Below, piece after piece: positions 61,271 to 64,000 of a DNA stretch of 64,000 nt. The stretch is from the NCBI GenBank assembly GCA_002189035.1, contig NEEC01000018.1, forward strand, positions 1,426,001 through 1,490,000, in the 5' to 3' direction. The number at the start of each line of letters is the position of its first letter. Position 1 is the stretch's first letter. The DNA is from Utricularia gibba. Taxonomy: Eukaryota > Plantae > Magnoliophyta. The notes under the pieces are model-generated. The model saw only the letters and a list, made by a program, of their open reading frames with translations. It had not been told where the DNA came from and searched no databases. The position numbers were made by a program, and so were the translations under genes.

Positions 61271-63009
61271 TCACATTATAGTGCATCGACTCCCTTCCTC
61301 CGAAGGTGGGGTTGCAGCGTGTTGGCTTCTGTTTGGTTCAGATGGGTTGTAGGTGAACTCCGTCGTATCCAGTCCATACTGTTAGGTTACACGATATGCG
61401 AAACACAAGAAACTCTAAGCATCTGAACAAGCTATCATACTTCACAAAGCTACGATCTTGAGAAAAAAAGCATTCGAAGAGTTTGAGCTAAAACCGGAAG
61501 GAGTTCTGCCACCAAAATAGCATTCATGGAACCTGGTAAACGCGAATGATCCATAAATTACCTTTTCCCTCATGCGTGTACTCCATGCATCGTTTCTGCT
61601 TGGTCGCTGATCCAGGATAGCAGTAACAGGGACACCTGTGGCTGGAACCGCTGACCTACTTATCAGTGGCTGCCGAATCTGTTTCCTGGGGCCTGATATA
61701 TATTCTTCGTCGCTGTCATAGTCTGCTGGTCGATTTGCTGCCCTCACAACAAGTGCCAACAAAAAGAGGAGAGCCTGAAATTTGAGGTGACTAAAGCATC
61801 AACTAATCCGAAGGGAAAAGAGTACATTCTAACAATATAAATTTGGCTAACATGATCAGGATTCCCATGCAAAACATTCATACAAAATATGCTTTCTGGA
61901 GCAAATAGTACAACACTCCGTCTACCACTTCAAAAAAACGAAACAAAAGTGTATTCTCTCTGTCCCTATCCGGTAAAATGCAACAGGGTTAAGAACATTC
62001 ACTGTTACCTCAAATATAACAAGACCAAGAGCCGCCCACTTGAATATTTCCCAATTATCCTTCAGGAAATCATAAATTTGATCGAAGTTTCCAGTTTTAT
62101 CACGTGGGATTTCCTGTCCATCCATTAGACATTAAACTTGAACAACAAATAATGAGTCCGGAGGGAAAAATGGAGATGCTAACCTCTTTCCAGCCCTTGT
62201 CGAAGAATATAAATGCTGCCAAACCCAGCTCTAGTAATATGAGCAATACCACAAACACAGAATACTTTATTATGTTAAGAAACCAATGGGTCCACAGCAA
62301 AAAGTAGAATCTACACCTTGAAAATTCTGATAACAATCAGAGTAGAATGAGGAGCTCAAAAGAATATCTTACACTAAGTGCAAAGCATCATCTCCATTAA
62401 AAAAAGAAAGAAAAGAAAGGAAAAAAACAAGCGAGAGAAGATTCTTTATAAAAATTAAGAGATCTAACTTTTAGATAAACAATCATGCAAGGATACGCAA
62501 CTCAGACAGCATCTATTCCTCATTGACGCTCCAATGCAACCAAAACAAGAAATTAAGAGAACAACTACACCAACGCCTGTGAACAGATATATGAACCTGC
62601 AAGTAAAGAATGAAGGGCCTGTTGAGTGAGCAAGGAAATACATTCTCAAACTTCATTATCCTTTATCTTCCTTCATTTTGGCTGACTACTCTCAGAATGC
62701 TTATTCTATTAGAAAGTGACAATCTATGTGGCATACGAAAATGAAATAGAAAACCAAGTAAATGCCATACCATGCCCTTGGCAATTTGTCAAAAATGTTA
62801 TCAGCCAAAGACACGGCCATTAGCATAGGGCGACCAAGCAAGATGGCCTCCGTACTTGAGGGAGGAAATGCGACATCATCGCCGCCGGAACCCGCATTCT
62901 TGTACTCCACAAAGAGGTATATACCATAACCAATCATTGCCAAGCCCACGAGAAGTAAAAGAAAATTCAAAAGCTTCAACAGGCATTCCCAAAACCCCCT
63001 ACACGCCAT
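61271..63009 (-). CDS. TOM2A: Tobamovirus multiplication protein 2A (tetraspanin-like), 6 exons, C-terminal CaaX motif
   Basis: MACRGFWECLLKLLNFLL, GRPMLMAVSL, DKLPRAWFIYLF, RAANRPADYDSDEEY, RMREKYGLDTTEFTYNPSE, ends RCTIM; stop at 61273-61271. Confidence 0.92.
62265..62496 (-). other. U12-type (minor spliceosome) GT-AG intron in TOM2A
   Basis: Donor GTATCCTT; branch-point TTCTTAAC at 62281-62274, ending 9 nt before the exon; no polypyrimidine tract. Confidence 0.8.
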
Positions 63010-64000
63010 GCTTCAAAATCTTATCTTTTTCCTCTGTAGCTCTTTACTTCCTGCATATGCATATGCCCAACATAAGAATTTAACATTGCAAATCAAGAAT
63101 CCGAAACAATACCCCTCCAGCTACACGAACCTAAGGAACACATTAAAATTACCCCCCCCCTCCCCAGATTCAAGACAAATTAAACTGAAAACGCAAAAGA
63201 AACCGCATCTCCAGAATCGATCATGAACCAAGGAACCAAATACTCAACATTGGAAACATGCAAGCGCAAACCTCTCAAACACAACGAAACCCAACCGAGA
63301 AAAGCCGTGAGAGTCTCACGAATTGCAATGATCGAAGAGCAAGAGGGATCTCACACCCCCCATCGAAGACAATAAAGAAGCGACAGACGAGAGATGGACA
63401 CGGATCAACGTCCCAAGTGCCAAATTCCAAGCTGTCCATTTTTTATCCATATTTCAACAAATAACCGGAAAAATGAATAGCTATAGACATACCGAGCTCC
63501 TTCCACTTGCCTCTCTCTCTCTCGAGACGTACCGTGACCGCATGCCATCGGAATTCATCAATTCCATCGTTCCCGCTGCCCAGAAGCAAACAGAACCAGT
63601 ACCACAGCATCATCGGATGCTTCCTGTTTGCTACTAAAAATTATTTTTAAAAATAATTGTATTGATTTAATCCTTTTAAAAATGGAATGAATTTTGTATA
63701 ATCAATTTAGGAAATTATAAATACATTATAAAAAATAAAAAATAAAAAATAAGTTTTCAATATGACTTAAATTTTCTCTATCATAACAGAATTATATTTG
63801 AATTATAAAATTTCAAAAAATGAATTATTCGAATTAAATGGGATCTTCTAATGTTTTATTAAATACCGGTACAATAAATTTAAAATTTGAAATTTCAACC
63901 CCCTCAATCTCTATGGAGTGGATTGGGGCCTTTTTTTTAGTTTTTTTCTTTAATTTCATGTTATAAAAATAAGGGAAAAGCGCTTTATTTCCACTTTTAA

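Noticed and set aside
948-63464. Most remaining 60-180-aa ORFs in the supplied track
   Set aside because: They are antisense or alternate-frame shadows of real exons, intron read-through, or AT-rich random ORFs with non-ATG starts.

Overview
Gene-dense nuclear DNA from a compact-genome eudicot: about 19 intact or nearly intact spliced genes in 64 kb, mostly short introns, AT-rich spacers. A Lamiales/Lentibulariaceae-like origin is an inference only. In order: a 'rolling stone'-like membrane protein, F-box/Sel1 protein, ARO4, a TPR-like pseudogene, a JINGUBANG-like WD40, PsbY, an ARR11-like type-B response regulator, complex I 51-kDa subunit, DUF212, a DUF579 AGM-type methyltransferase, an ATHB7/12-like HD-Zip I, MED10, ORM, a ~5.2-kb Mutator element, HDG5-like HD-Zip IV, a SNARE-associated membrane protein, URH2, PLATZ, BCM, OEP40-like and TOM2A. 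Mobile DNA includes a solo LTR with a perfect 5-bp TSD, a hAT MITE with a perfect 8-bp TSD and several older MITEs. No tRNA, rRNA, CRISPR or recognisable conserved miRNA was found. I see no clear new multi-gene system. The best leads are an unannotated micro-exon transcript at 39.9-40.9 kb, a ~97-nt HD-ZIP IV 3'UTR hairpin with a 16-bp perfect inner stem, the TPR pseudogene, an apparently gained intron in the DUF579 gene, a nearly intronless and frameshifted NDUFV1, and a U12 intron in TOM2A. All family assignments are from remembered protein sequences, not database searches.
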